DNA from: Actinomadura craniellae
GTDB taxonomy: Bacteria; Actinomycetota; Actinomycetes; Streptosporangiales; Streptosporangiaceae
Length of the DNA stretch: 64,000 nt
Assembly: GCF_003289645.1 (NCBI RefSeq)
Contig: NZ_QLYX01000008.1
Coordinates: forward strand, 208,147 to 272,146
Direction of reading: 5' to 3'
Positions within the stretch are counted from its first letter, which is position 1, and every line of letters begins with the position of its first letter. The notes under the pieces are model-generated. The model was given only the letters and a program-made list of their open reading frames with translations. It was not told the origin of the DNA and did no database searches. Below are positions 1-8,342 of this stretch, in pieces. Position numbers and translations under genes: made by a program.

Positions 1-49
1 ATCTTGATGAACCGCCAGATCGGCGTTTTCGCTGGTCAGAGGTGGTGAG

Positions 50-123
50 TGGGCAGGGGCGGGGTCGAACCGCCGACCTTCCGCTTTTCAGGCGGACGCT
101 CGTACCGACTGAGCTACCTGCCC
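50..123 (-). tRNA. tRNA-Phe (anticodon GAA)
   Basis: The reverse complement folds as a cloverleaf: 7-bp acceptor stem GGGCAGG/CCTGCCC, anticodon loop CTGAAAA, T-arm GGTTCGACC. CCA is not encoded. Confidence 0.8.
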
Positions 124-141
124 AAGCATTGAGCTGCTTGG

Positions 142-216
142 CGGTCCTGACGGGATTTGAACCCGCGGCCTCCACCTTGACAGGGTGGCGAGCACTCCTA
201 ACTGCTCCACAGGACC
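142..216 (-). tRNA. tRNA-Asp (anticodon GTC)
   Basis: The reverse complement is GGTCCTGTGGAGCAGT...CACCCTGTCAAGGTGG...GGGTTCAAATCCCGTCAGGACCG, with acceptor stem GGTCCTG/CAGGACC and anticodon loop CTGTCAA. CCA is encoded at 139..141. Confidence 0.8.
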
Positions 217-319
217 TTGCTACAAGATCGCCCGGCCTGGTGGGGAGACCCCCGCATGACCTTGGCAACGTCCGAGAGCATACGCGATGCCCTGGACATG
301 CGCCAACTCGATTCCTCGC

Positions 320-1681
320 TCAGGGAGGTGGGCAGGTGAAGGGGATGCGGAGCCGGAAGAGGGCGCCGCGGAAGGACTCCTCGATGGTGAGGGTGCCGCC
401 GTGCGCCTCCGCGATCTGGCGGGCGATGGGGAGGCCGAGGCCGGTGCCGGAGGAGTCGAGCCGGCGGGCGGAGTCGAGCCGGACGAAGCGCTGGAAGATG
501 GCCTCGCGGTCCTTGGGGAGGATGCCCTGGCCGTCGTCCTGGACCTCCAGTACGGCGGCGTCCCGTTCGGCGCGGACGGTGATTTTGATCCGGGACGCGG
601 CGTGCCGCTCGGCGTTGTCGATCAGGTTGGTGAGCAGGCGGGCCAGGCGGAGGCGGTTGCCGGTCACGACGACGCCGGGTTGCAGGTTGGTGGTCACCTT
701 GACCGTGGGGTGGCGGCGGTCGAGTTCGTCGGTGACGAGCCGGGTCAGGTCGACGCGGTCGGAGCCGCGTTGCGGGCCGGCGTCGAGGCGGGCCAGGGTG
801 AGCAGGTCGGTGACGATGGCCTGGAGGCGGTCGAGGCCTTCGAGGGTGGCGTGGGCGAGTTGTGGCCAGTCGGTGTCGTCGGGGTGCAGCAGCGCCTCCT
901 CGACCTGGGCGCGCATGGCTGTCATCGGGCTGCGCAGGTCGTGGGAGGCGTCGGAGGTGAACCGGCGGAGCTGGTCCATGGCGGCTTCGAGCCGGTCCAG
1001 TGTGGCGTTCGCGGTTTCGGCCAGCCGGCGGATCTCGTCGTTGGACTGGGGCAGGGGCAGCCGGCGGCCGGGGTCGGTGGCGGTGATCTCGGCGAGTTGG
1101 GCGCGGATCTCGGCGACGGGGGCGAGGGTCCGGCCGACCGCGCGGGAGGTGATGTACGCGGTGAGGAGGAGGAACAGCGCCAGGACGCAGATGTCGGCGG
1201 CGATGAACTCGGGGGCGACGTACCAGGGGACGGCGCCGTCCGCGGCGTAGACCAGCCATTCCTCCCCCGGCCGGTACACCCGGAGGGCCATGACGACCAG
1301 GCAGTCGGCCTGGTCCGAAGATGGGCAGACCAGTCTGGTGGTGCGGGCGAGGTCGTCGGCGGGGGTGAAGTGCGCGATGCGGGGGCGGCCCCGCAGATTC
1401 GCCGAGGCGGCGACCACCCGGCCGCGGGCGTCCACCACCTGGACTCCTTCGACGCCGTCGGCGGGCAGCACGGGGGGCAGCCGGTTCCGGGCGGCCATGT
1501 GGGCGGTCTGTAGCGCGGTGTCGGTGATCTGGTTCCGCTGGTAGTCCTCGACCCGGCTGCGGACGGCGAAGTCGGCCAGCACGCTCATCAGGAGGCCGAG
1601 CAGCAGCATCACCCCGGTGGCGAGCATCGTCAGCCGGGTCCGCAGTGACCAAGTGTGCCTTCCGACAGGCGAGGCGATCAC
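320..1681 (-). CDS. Sensor histidine kinase (HisKA + HATPase_c), apparently orphan
   Basis: N-terminal TM segments; H-box SHDLRSPMTAM; N box LIDNAERHA; G boxes DDGQGI / GTGLGLPI. No response regulator is adjacent. Confidence 0.85.
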   Translation of the reverse strand: MIASPVGRHTWSLRTRLTMLATGVMLLLGLLMSVLADFAVRSRVEDYQRNQITDTALQTAHMAARNRLPPVLPADGVEGVQVVDARGRVVAASANLRGRPRIAHFTPADDLARTTRLVCPSSDQADCLVVMALRVYRPGEEWLVYAADGAVPWYVAPEFIAADICVLALFLLLTAYITSRAVGRTLAPVAEIRAQLAEITATDPGRRLPLPQSNDEIRRLAETANATLDRLEAAMDQLRRFTSDASHDLRSPMTAMRAQVEEALLHPDDTDWPQLAHATLEGLDRLQAIVTDLLTLARLDAGPQRGSDRVDLTRLVTDELDRRHPTVKVTTNLQPGVVVTGNRLRLARLLTNLIDNAERHAASRIKITVRAERDAAVLEVQDDGQGILPKDREAIFQRFVRLDSARRLDSSGTGLGLPIARQIAEAHGGTLTIEESFRGALFRLRIPFTCPPP

Positions 1682-1865
1682 CCCTCAACTGGCATGATCC
1701 GGGGTTGCGCAGGCCATGCCCGCTTTCCGGCAAACAATCAATGACCGCCCGGATTGGGCGAAGCCGTTCACGGGGCGAGCGGTCGGGGACATGCCGCCCC
1801 TGCCCGCGGCGGGGCGTCCCGGCGGCGTACAGTCCGGGCAACGGGTGTCTAAGGGGAGGACCTGT

Positions 1866-2618
1866 ATGGCCGAGGAATTCGTCCGTTATGCCGTCGAGCG
1901 CGGTGTTGCCGTCATCACGCTGGACTCGCCGCACAACCGGAACGCGCTGTCGTCGCGGCTGATGGCGGGGGTGGAGCGGTCCCTGGCGGAGGCGGCGGAC
2001 GATCCGACGGTCCGGGCGGCGGTGCTGACCCACACCGGCGGGACCTTCTGCGCGGGGGCTGACCTGTCGGAGGTCGGCACGGCGGGGACGGGCCCGGACC
2101 GGATCCTGGCCCTGCTGCGCGCGATCGCCGCGCTGCCCAAGCCGGTGGTCGCCAAGGTGGACGGGCATGTCCGGGCGGGTGGGCTGGGCCTGGTCGGCGC
2201 GTGCGACATCGCGGTGGCGGGCGGCCGGTCCACGTTCGCGTTCACCGAGTCCCGGATCGGGGTGACTCCGGCGATCATCTCGCTGACGACCCTGCCGCGG
2301 TTGAGCGACCGGGCGGCGGGGCGTTACTTCCTGACGGGCGAGACGTTCGACGCCGCGGAGGCCGCCCGGATCGGTCTGGTCACCGAGGCAGCCGACGACG
2401 TGGAGGGGGCGGTCGAGGCGCTCCTGGCGGAGTTGCGGGCCTGCTCCCCGCAGGGGCTGGCCGAGTCCAAGCGGCTGCTGTCCGCGGGGCTGGTCCGGTC
2501 GCTGGACGTCGACGGCCCGGCGATGGGCGAGCTGTCGGCCCGCCTGTTCGCCTCGGAGGAGGCCGCCGAGGGCATGCGCGCCTTCCTGGAGCGCCGCCCG
2601 CCGCGCTGGGCCTCCTAG
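1866..2618 (+). CDS. Enoyl-CoA hydratase/isomerase (crotonase) family protein
   Basis: Crotonase-fold motifs (FCAGADL, oxyanion-hole region). ATG at 1866 preceded by AAGGGGAGGA RBS; upstream in-frame extension rejected. Confidence 0.8.
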   Translation: MAEEFVRYAVERGVAVITLDSPHNRNALSSRLMAGVERSLAEAADDPTVRAAVLTHTGGTFCAGADLSEVGTAGTGPDRILALLRAIAALPKPVVAKVDGHVRAGGLGLVGACDIAVAGGRSTFAFTESRIGVTPAIISLTTLPRLSDRAAGRYFLTGETFDAAEAARIGLVTEAADDVEGAVEALLAELRACSPQGLAESKRLLSAGLVRSLDVDGPAMGELSARLFASEEAAEGMRAFLERRPPRWAS

Positions 2619-2625
2619 CCGCCGG

Positions 2626-4032
2626 TCACGGGCGTTCGGCGAGGCGGTTGGTCAGGGAGAGGGCGGTGGCGGTGAGGGAGGCGGCCAGCAGCACGGCGAA
2701 GGCGCGGTGGTAGCCGGTGAGGAGGCTGTCCAGGGCCCCGTCCGGCAGGTGGGCGCCGGCGTACAGGAGGTGGCGGTCGGTGACGGCCAGGGCCGAGGCC
2801 GCGACGGTGAGCGAGACGGCCGTGCCGAAGACGATGCCGAGCTGGTTGAGGGTCAGGCGCATGCCGTTGACGACGCCCAGCCGCACCTTGGGGACGCCCA
2901 GCATGATCGCCGCGGTGTTGGCGGTGTAGAAGACGCCGCCGCCCACGGTGACCATGGTGAGGCCGACGATGAGCGGCGCGTATCCCGCTTCCAGAGAGAG
3001 CAGGACGACCAGGAGCCCGCAGCTCGCGATGGCTGAGCCCATGAAGGCGACGGTCCGGGGCTGGACGTACCGGGCGAGCTGGCCGCCGAGCGGTGCCGCC
3101 ACCAGGCCGGCGATCGGCCCGGGGAGCACGGCGAGGCCGGCCTGGGCCGGGGTCATCCCCAGTCCGCTCTGGAAGAACAGGGCCAGCAGCAGCACGGTGC
3201 CGACCCGGCTGAGGGTGTTCGCGAAGGCCGCGAGGTTGCCCAGGGTGAAGCGCCGGTCGTCGAACAGGTCCAGGTCCACCAGCGGGTGGGCGGCCCGTAG
3301 TTGCCGCAGCGCGAACAGCGGGAGTGTCACGGCGAACGCGGCGGCCCCGGCCGGGACGAGCGGACCGCTCCAACCGGAGGAGCCGATCTCGGAGACGGCG
3401 AGGACCAGCCCGCCCATCCAGCCGAGCAGCAGGCCCGCCCCGAGCAGGTCGATCGGCTCGCGCGGGCCGGGCGGTACGCGGGGCAGGGAGAGTGCCGCCC
3501 AGGTCAGCGCGATGATCCCGACGGGGACGTTGAACCAGAACACCCACCGCCAGCCGAGGGTCTGGGCCAGGTAGCCGCCGAGCGACGGGCCGAGCAGCGG
3601 GGCGGTGGCGAGCGCGCCGAGGTAGACGCCGAGCCCCTGGCTGAGCCGTTCGGGCGGGAACGCGTGCGCGATGATCGCCGTCCCGTTGGCCAGGATCATC
3701 GCCCCGCCGACGGCCTGCACGACCCGCAGCGCGATCAGCGTTTCGACGCTCGGTGCCAGCCCGGCGAGCAGGCTGGCGGTGGTGAAGACCGCGAAGCCGA
3801 GCAGGTAGGTGCCGCGCCGGCCGACCACGTCGGCGAGCCGGCCGAACACGATCAGCAGCGAGGTCTCGACCAGGATGAATGCCAGCACCAGCCAGCTGGC
3901 GGCGAACGCGCCGGCGTCGAAGTGCGCCACCACCACCGGCAGGGCCACGTTGAGGGTGGTGGTGTTGAGCACCAGTAGCACGGTGCCCAGGCTGACGACG
4001 GACACCACCCGCCAGGGGTTCACCTCCGGCAT
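2626..4032 (-). CDS. MFS transporter, DHA2 (14-TMS drug:H+ antiporter) family
   Basis: Highly hydrophobic 468-aa protein with about 14 predicted TM helices and an MFS signature (GRLADVVGRR). The alternative overlapping Arg-rich frame 2615..4054 was rejected. Confidence 0.8.
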   Translation of the reverse strand: MPEVNPWRVVSVVSLGTVLLVLNTTTLNVALPVVVAHFDAGAFAASWLVLAFILVETSLLIVFGRLADVVGRRGTYLLGFAVFTTASLLAGLAPSVETLIALRVVQAVGGAMILANGTAIIAHAFPPERLSQGLGVYLGALATAPLLGPSLGGYLAQTLGWRWVFWFNVPVGIIALTWAALSLPRVPPGPREPIDLLGAGLLLGWMGGLVLAVSEIGSSGWSGPLVPAGAAAFAVTLPLFALRQLRAAHPLVDLDLFDDRRFTLGNLAAFANTLSRVGTVLLLALFFQSGLGMTPAQAGLAVLPGPIAGLVAAPLGGQLARYVQPRTVAFMGSAIASCGLLVVLLSLEAGYAPLIVGLTMVTVGGGVFYTANTAAIMLGVPKVRLGVVNGMRLTLNQLGIVFGTAVSLTVAASALAVTDRHLLYAGAHLPDGALDSLLTGYHRAFAVLLAASLTATALSLTNRLAERP

Positions 4033-4102
4033 GTGACCGCCCGGGCTGGGTCACTGGTCAGCCGTCGCGCCATGCTCCCCCGTTCCTGGTCCGCCGACCA
4101 AA

Positions 4103-4125
4103 TTTTAGAGCGAAATTCTAGAACG
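4103..4125. promoter_or_regulatory. TTYTAGARCG box pair upstream of the methyltransferase gene
   Basis: TTTTAGAGCG and TTCTAGAACG repeat seen directly; the same box recurs at 4951..4976 and 6832..6852. Confidence 0.4.
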
Positions 4126-4179
4126 GGGTGAAGAGAAGTCGTTACGTTTGGGGTCCGGTGAGGGAAGGTTGAGGAACCT

Positions 4180-4950
4180 GTGGATACGTCGAATATTGAT
4201 ACAAGTAAGCCGAATCCCGCCCGTATGTACGACTACTTCCTGGGGGGCAAGGACAATTTCGCCGTCGACCGGGAGGCCGCCGAGCAGGTCCTCGAACTGG
4301 TCCCCCAGATCCCCTACCTGGCCCGTGCCAACCGGGCCTTCCTGCGCCGGGCCCTGCGGTTCCTGATCTCCGAGGGGATCGACCAGTACATCGACCTGGG
4401 CACCGGGATCCCCACCCAGGGGAACGTGAACGAGATCGTGCTCGACGCGATCCCGGACGCCGGGATCATGTACGTCGACATCGACCCGGTCGTCTGCGCG
4501 CACGCCCGGGCGCTCACCGGGGACCGGGTCCAGGTGCACCAGGCCGACCTGCGCGACCCCGACGCGGTCCTGGCCGCCGCCCGCCAGACCCTGGACCTGG
4601 ACCGGCCGGTCGGCCTGATCGCCGTGGCGGTCATGCACTTCGTGACCGACGACCAGGAGGCCGGCGCGATCATGGCGGCCTACCGGGCGGCGCTCGCGCC
4701 GGGCAGCTTCCTGGTGTTGACGCACGGCACCGACGAGAGCCTGGACAGGGACACCAAGGAGGGGAGCGTCGGCGTCTACGAGAAGTCGACCTCGCCCGTC
4801 CACCTGCGCTCGACGGCCGAGGTCGCCCGGCTGTTCGAGGGCTTCACCCTGGTGGAGCCCGGGGTGGTCGACCTGGCCGCGTGGCGGCCCGACGCGGAGA
4901 CCCACCAGCTGGACGGGGTGTACGGGCTGGGCGGAGTCGGCCGCCGCTAA
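4180..4950 (+). CDS. SAM-dependent methyltransferase (PF04672/DUF574-type, actinobacterial)
   Basis: Hallmark N-terminus MYDYFLGGKDNFAVDRE; Rossmann motif IDLGTGIP. Confidence 0.8.
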   Translation: MDTSNIDTSKPNPARMYDYFLGGKDNFAVDREAAEQVLELVPQIPYLARANRAFLRRALRFLISEGIDQYIDLGTGIPTQGNVNEIVLDAIPDAGIMYVDIDPVVCAHARALTGDRVQVHQADLRDPDAVLAAARQTLDLDRPVGLIAVAVMHFVTDDQEAGAIMAAYRAALAPGSFLVLTHGTDESLDRDTKEGSVGVYEKSTSPVHLRSTAEVARLFEGFTLVEPGVVDLAAWRPDAETHQLDGVYGLGGVGRR

Positions 4951-4986
4951 TTCTAGAACGAACCACTAGAATCACGCTCGTTTCCA

Positions 4987-5796
4987 GTGAGCGGGGTGGT
5001 TCGGGTGGCGGAAGACCAGAGCGTCGAAGCGTTTTTCACCGAGGTGGGGGACGAGTTCGTCCCCCACCCGCACGCGCGCAGCCCCTGGTCGTCCCGCATG
5101 CTCCACGGCCGGCTGCTGGGCGGGCTGATGGCTCGCGCGGTCGAGCGGGAGCACGCCGGGGAGGACCTGGGGTTCGCCCGGTTCACCGTCGACCTCTACC
5201 GCAACAGCCCGTTCGTGCCGCTGCGGATCACCACCCGGCGGGTCCGCGACGGGCGCCGCGTCCGGGCGGTCGACGTCGAGGTCACCGCCGAGATCGGGCC
5301 GGTCGCCCGCGCCTCGGCGCTGCTGCTGCGCCGCTCCGCGCAGCCCGCCGGCGCGGCCTGGACCGCCCCCGTCTGGGACGTGGACCCGCCGGAACTGCTC
5401 GGCGAGCCGACCGGCAACGGCTTCGACCACTGGTGGATCGACGAAGACGGCCGGCAGGCCACCCACCGCTGGACGGGAACCCGCCGCAACCGGCTGTGGA
5501 TGCGCGAGCGCCACCCCCTGATCCAGGGCGAGTCGGTGTCGCCGTTCGTCCGGACGGCGCTGGCCGCCGACATGGCCAGCCCGGTCGCCCACTTCGGGTC
5601 GGGCGGGCCCGCCTTCATCAACGCGGACTACTCCGTCAACCTGGCCCGGCTGCCGCTGGGCGAGGTCATCGGCATCGAGTCCGCCGGCCACCTGAGCGAG
5701 GGCGGCATCGCCGCCGGCCACTGCACCCTGTACGACGCCTCCGGCCCGTTCGGGCACTGCGCCGTCTCGGCCATCCACAACCCCGTTCCCCGCTGA
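4987..5796 (+). CDS. Thioesterase-family protein (acyl-CoA thioesterase-like, 4HBT_3 hot-dog fold)
   Basis: N-terminus FFTEVGDEFVPHPHARSPWS...HGG is typical of the TesB-like double hot-dog family. GTG start. Confidence 0.65.
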   Translation: MSGVVRVAEDQSVEAFFTEVGDEFVPHPHARSPWSSRMLHGRLLGGLMARAVEREHAGEDLGFARFTVDLYRNSPFVPLRITTRRVRDGRRVRAVDVEVTAEIGPVARASALLLRRSAQPAGAAWTAPVWDVDPPELLGEPTGNGFDHWWIDEDGRQATHRWTGTRRNRLWMRERHPLIQGESVSPFVRTALAADMASPVAHFGSGGPAFINADYSVNLARLPLGEVIGIESAGHLSEGGIAAGHCTLYDASGPFGHCAVSAIHNPVPR

Positions 5797-5810
5797 ACCC
5801 GGACGGGGTA

Positions 5811-5995
5811 CGGCGGTGGAAGCCGCGCCGCCGGATGGATGGCCAGTGGCGAGCGGATCGGACGGTCCAGGCGGGCGTGGCGGTGGGAGCCGTGCCGCCG
5901 GATGGATGGCCGGTGGCGTGGGGATCGGACGGGCGTGACGGTGGGAGCCGTGACCGCCGGATGGATCGGCCCTCGCTAGATCGATCGTTCCAGGG
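5811..5995. repeat. About 60-bp tandem repeat, roughly 2.8 copies (GGTGGGAGCCGTGCCGCCGGATGGATGGCCGGTGGCG...)
   Basis: Direct inspection: three near-identical units between the thioesterase stop and the TetR start. Confidence 0.7.
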
Positions 5996-6010
5996 GCGTA
6001 GCCTGGAACG
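5986..6010. promoter_or_regulatory. Perfect palindrome CGTTCCAGG-GGCGTAG-CCTGGAACG abutting the TetR start codon (candidate TetR operator)
   Basis: 9-bp inverted arms seen directly; the ATG of the TetR gene follows at 6011. Confidence 0.5.
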
Positions 6011-6583
6011 ATGGCAGGGGCGTCGCGGGAACGGATCGAAGTCGTGGCGGCCGAGCTGCTGGCCCGGCACGGGTACCACGGGCTGGGGCTGAAGGCGCTC
6101 AGCCAGGCGGCGGGGCTGCCGTACGGGTCGATCTACCACCACTTCCCCGGCGGCAAGGAGGAGATCGCCGTCGCGGCGATCACCGGCTGCGGGGAACGCC
6201 TCGGCGGAATGATCCGTGGCCTGCCCGACCAGGCGGTGGTGGCCACGGGGACCATGTTCGAGGCCATGGTCTGGCAACTGTCGGATTCCGACTGGGGCAG
6301 GGGCTGTCCGATCGGCACCCCCGCCCTGGACGGCGCCACCGAGTCAGCGGCGGTGCGGGAGGCCGTCGCCGGCGCCTTCGCCGCCATGACCTCCGCCCTG
6401 GCCGAGCGCCTGGCCGCGCTGGGCGTGCCGGGAGACCGGGCGGACCACCTGGCCACCACGATCATCGCCGCCTACGAGGGCGCGACCATGCTCGCCCGCG
6501 CCCAGCGCTCACCCGCCCCGCTGCAGGCTGCCGGCGAGGCCATGACCGCCTTGGTCCGTGCCGCCCTCCCGGAAACTCCCTGA
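6011..6583 (+). CDS. TetR/AcrR family transcriptional regulator
   Basis: N-terminal HTH (LGLKALSQAAGLPYGSIYHHFPGGKEEI) with an all-alpha C-terminal domain. Confidence 0.85.
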   Translation: MAGASRERIEVVAAELLARHGYHGLGLKALSQAAGLPYGSIYHHFPGGKEEIAVAAITGCGERLGGMIRGLPDQAVVATGTMFEAMVWQLSDSDWGRGCPIGTPALDGATESAAVREAVAGAFAAMTSALAERLAALGVPGDRADHLATTIIAAYEGATMLARAQRSPAPLQAAGEAMTALVRAALPETP

Positions 6584-6617
6584 CCTGCGCCCCGACGCCA
6601 CGGGCGGCATCGAAGCC

Positions 6618-6790
6618 GTGATCCTCCAGCATCCGAGGCGCCCCAGCGCACCGAAAACCGAAGGATCAGCCGGGCCAGGGCCTTGGCTTGCTGATCCTTC
6701 AGCATCCGAGGTGCTGTGACGCCCTGAAAGCTGAAGGATCAGCGGGCGAAGGCCCTGGCCGGTGATCCTTCGGGTTTCGGGTCGCCTGAT
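6618..6790. repeat. Cluster of three REP/MITE-like inverted-repeat units (CTGATCCTTCAGC...GCTGAAGGATCAG)
   Basis: The central unit has perfect 13-bp arms; the same element family recurs at 35001..35128 and, degenerate, at about 52990..53045. Confidence 0.7.
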
Positions 6791-6892
6791 GTCCCTGCTC
6801 TGAAGGGGCTTCATGGCGGGCTCGACTGTTGACTAGAAAGAACGTTCTAGCGATACTCCGGTCAGGAGTTCGTCTGACGGTGGGAGCAGGGC

Positions 6893-7924
6893 ATGCGGCG
6901 GTTGATGCTGGACGGGCCGGGGGCCGTGCGGTGGGAGGAACATCCCGAGCCGGAGATCACCGGCCCGGGGCAGGCGGTCGTGCGGCCGGTGGCGGTGGCC
7001 ACCTGCGACATCGACCCGGCGGTGCTGACCGGGGTCTTCCCGCTGGCGGGGCCCTACCCCTTCGGGCACGAAGGGGTGGGCGAGGTGGTCTCCGTCGGTG
7101 CGGACGTGCGGAAGGTACGGCCCGGCGACCTGGTGGTGGTGCCGTTCCAGATCTCGTGCGGCGCGTGCGGGCCCTGTACCCGGGGGCGTACCGGGAACTG
7201 CGCGGCGCACCCGATGATGTCCACCTACGGCCTCGGCCCGATGGGCGGGCTCGGCTGGGGCGGGCTGCTGGCCGACCTGGCGCTGGTGCCGCACGCCGAC
7301 GCCATGCTGGTGCACGTCCCGCCGGGGGTGGCGGCTGAGACGGTGGCCAGCGCCAGCGACAACATCCCCGACGCCTACCGGGCCGTCGCCCCGCACCTGG
7401 CCGCCGAGCCCGGCGCGGAGGTCCTGGTGGTCGGCGGGAGCGGACCCTCGTCCATCGGCCTGTACGCCGCGGGCCTGGCGGTGGCGCTCGGCGCCGCCCG
7501 GGTGGTCTACCTCGACCACGACCCGGACCGGCTGGGCATCGCCGCGGCGCTGGGCGCCGACACCCGGGAAGGAGGCTACGAGGACAGGCTCGGCGCCTTC
7601 CCGATCACGGTGGACGCGAGCGGCGCCCACGAGGGGCTGCGCCGGGCCCTGCGGAGCACGGCCCCCGACGGGGTGTGCACCAGCGTCTCGGTCTACCTGA
7701 AGGACCCGCCGCTGCCGATGTTCCAGATGTACTCGCGGTGCTGCACGCTGCACACCGGCCGGGCGCACGTCCGCCCGGCGATCCCCCAGGTGCTGGACCT
7801 GGTGGCCCGCGGCCGGTTCGACCCAAGCCTGGTCACCACCACCCTGGTCGACTGGGAGGACGCCCCCGAGGCACTACCGGCCGCCCCGCTGAAACTGGTC
7901 GCCACCCGCACCGGGACGCCATGA
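6893..7924 (+). CDS. Zinc-dependent alcohol dehydrogenase (MDR) family
   Basis: Catalytic zinc site GHEGVGEV; structural zinc site CGACGPC; Rossmann motif VVGGSGPSSIG. Confidence 0.85.
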   Translation: MRRLMLDGPGAVRWEEHPEPEITGPGQAVVRPVAVATCDIDPAVLTGVFPLAGPYPFGHEGVGEVVSVGADVRKVRPGDLVVVPFQISCGACGPCTRGRTGNCAAHPMMSTYGLGPMGGLGWGGLLADLALVPHADAMLVHVPPGVAAETVASASDNIPDAYRAVAPHLAAEPGAEVLVVGGSGPSSIGLYAAGLAVALGAARVVYLDHDPDRLGIAAALGADTREGGYEDRLGAFPITVDASGAHEGLRRALRSTAPDGVCTSVSVYLKDPPLPMFQMYSRCCTLHTGRAHVRPAIPQVLDLVARGRFDPSLVTTTLVDWEDAPEALPAAPLKLVATRTGTP

Positions 7925-8342
7925 GCGGCCGGGACGCCACCACCGCCGGATCAGCGTAGATGAAGCAGCCCTGGTTCAACGTTTACCCAGGGTCGGCAAC
8001 TGAACATCGCTGCAGATACACGGTTTCCTCCCCGCCAGGGCCTGCCAGCAGGCGAAACCGTGCATATCCGCAATCTTTACGAGCAGAACGTTCCCAGGGG
8101 CAGGTCTTCCCACGCGAACAGCCTTGCTGGAGCGGGAGACCCGAGTTCTTCCGGACGAGAAGAACCACTCATCAAGAAGAACGTCGACAAACGTCAAGGG
8201 GCTGGTTCACTGGGCCCTGGCTGGGCCCTTTGGTGGGCCTCGAATGGTTCCAAATTGGGTCTCCAGGCCCTGTTCGGGAACTTCGATTAACATCATATTC
8301 ATCTTTGTCAAAGGAATTATGATGAACTGTGGCAGGTGATAG

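Noticed and set aside
1-320. Integrated element at the tRNA genes
   Set aside because: No integrase, excisionase or att-like direct repeat of the tRNA 3' end is visible within the window.
198-2168. 656-aa minus-strand ORF rich in Arg/Pro/Gly, and similar long ORFs (2615..4054, 19687..21456, 21114..23993, 28004..30436, 28783..32466)
   Set aside because: These are typical high-GC shadow frames: Arg/Pro/Gly/Ala-dominated, with no domain motifs. They overlap genes with clear motifs and proper GC3 bias on the other frame or strand.
7960-8322. 120-aa ORF and overlapping small ORFs in the AT-richer gap
   Set aside because: No GC3 bias, no RBS, and charged low-complexity translations. Treated as non-coding.
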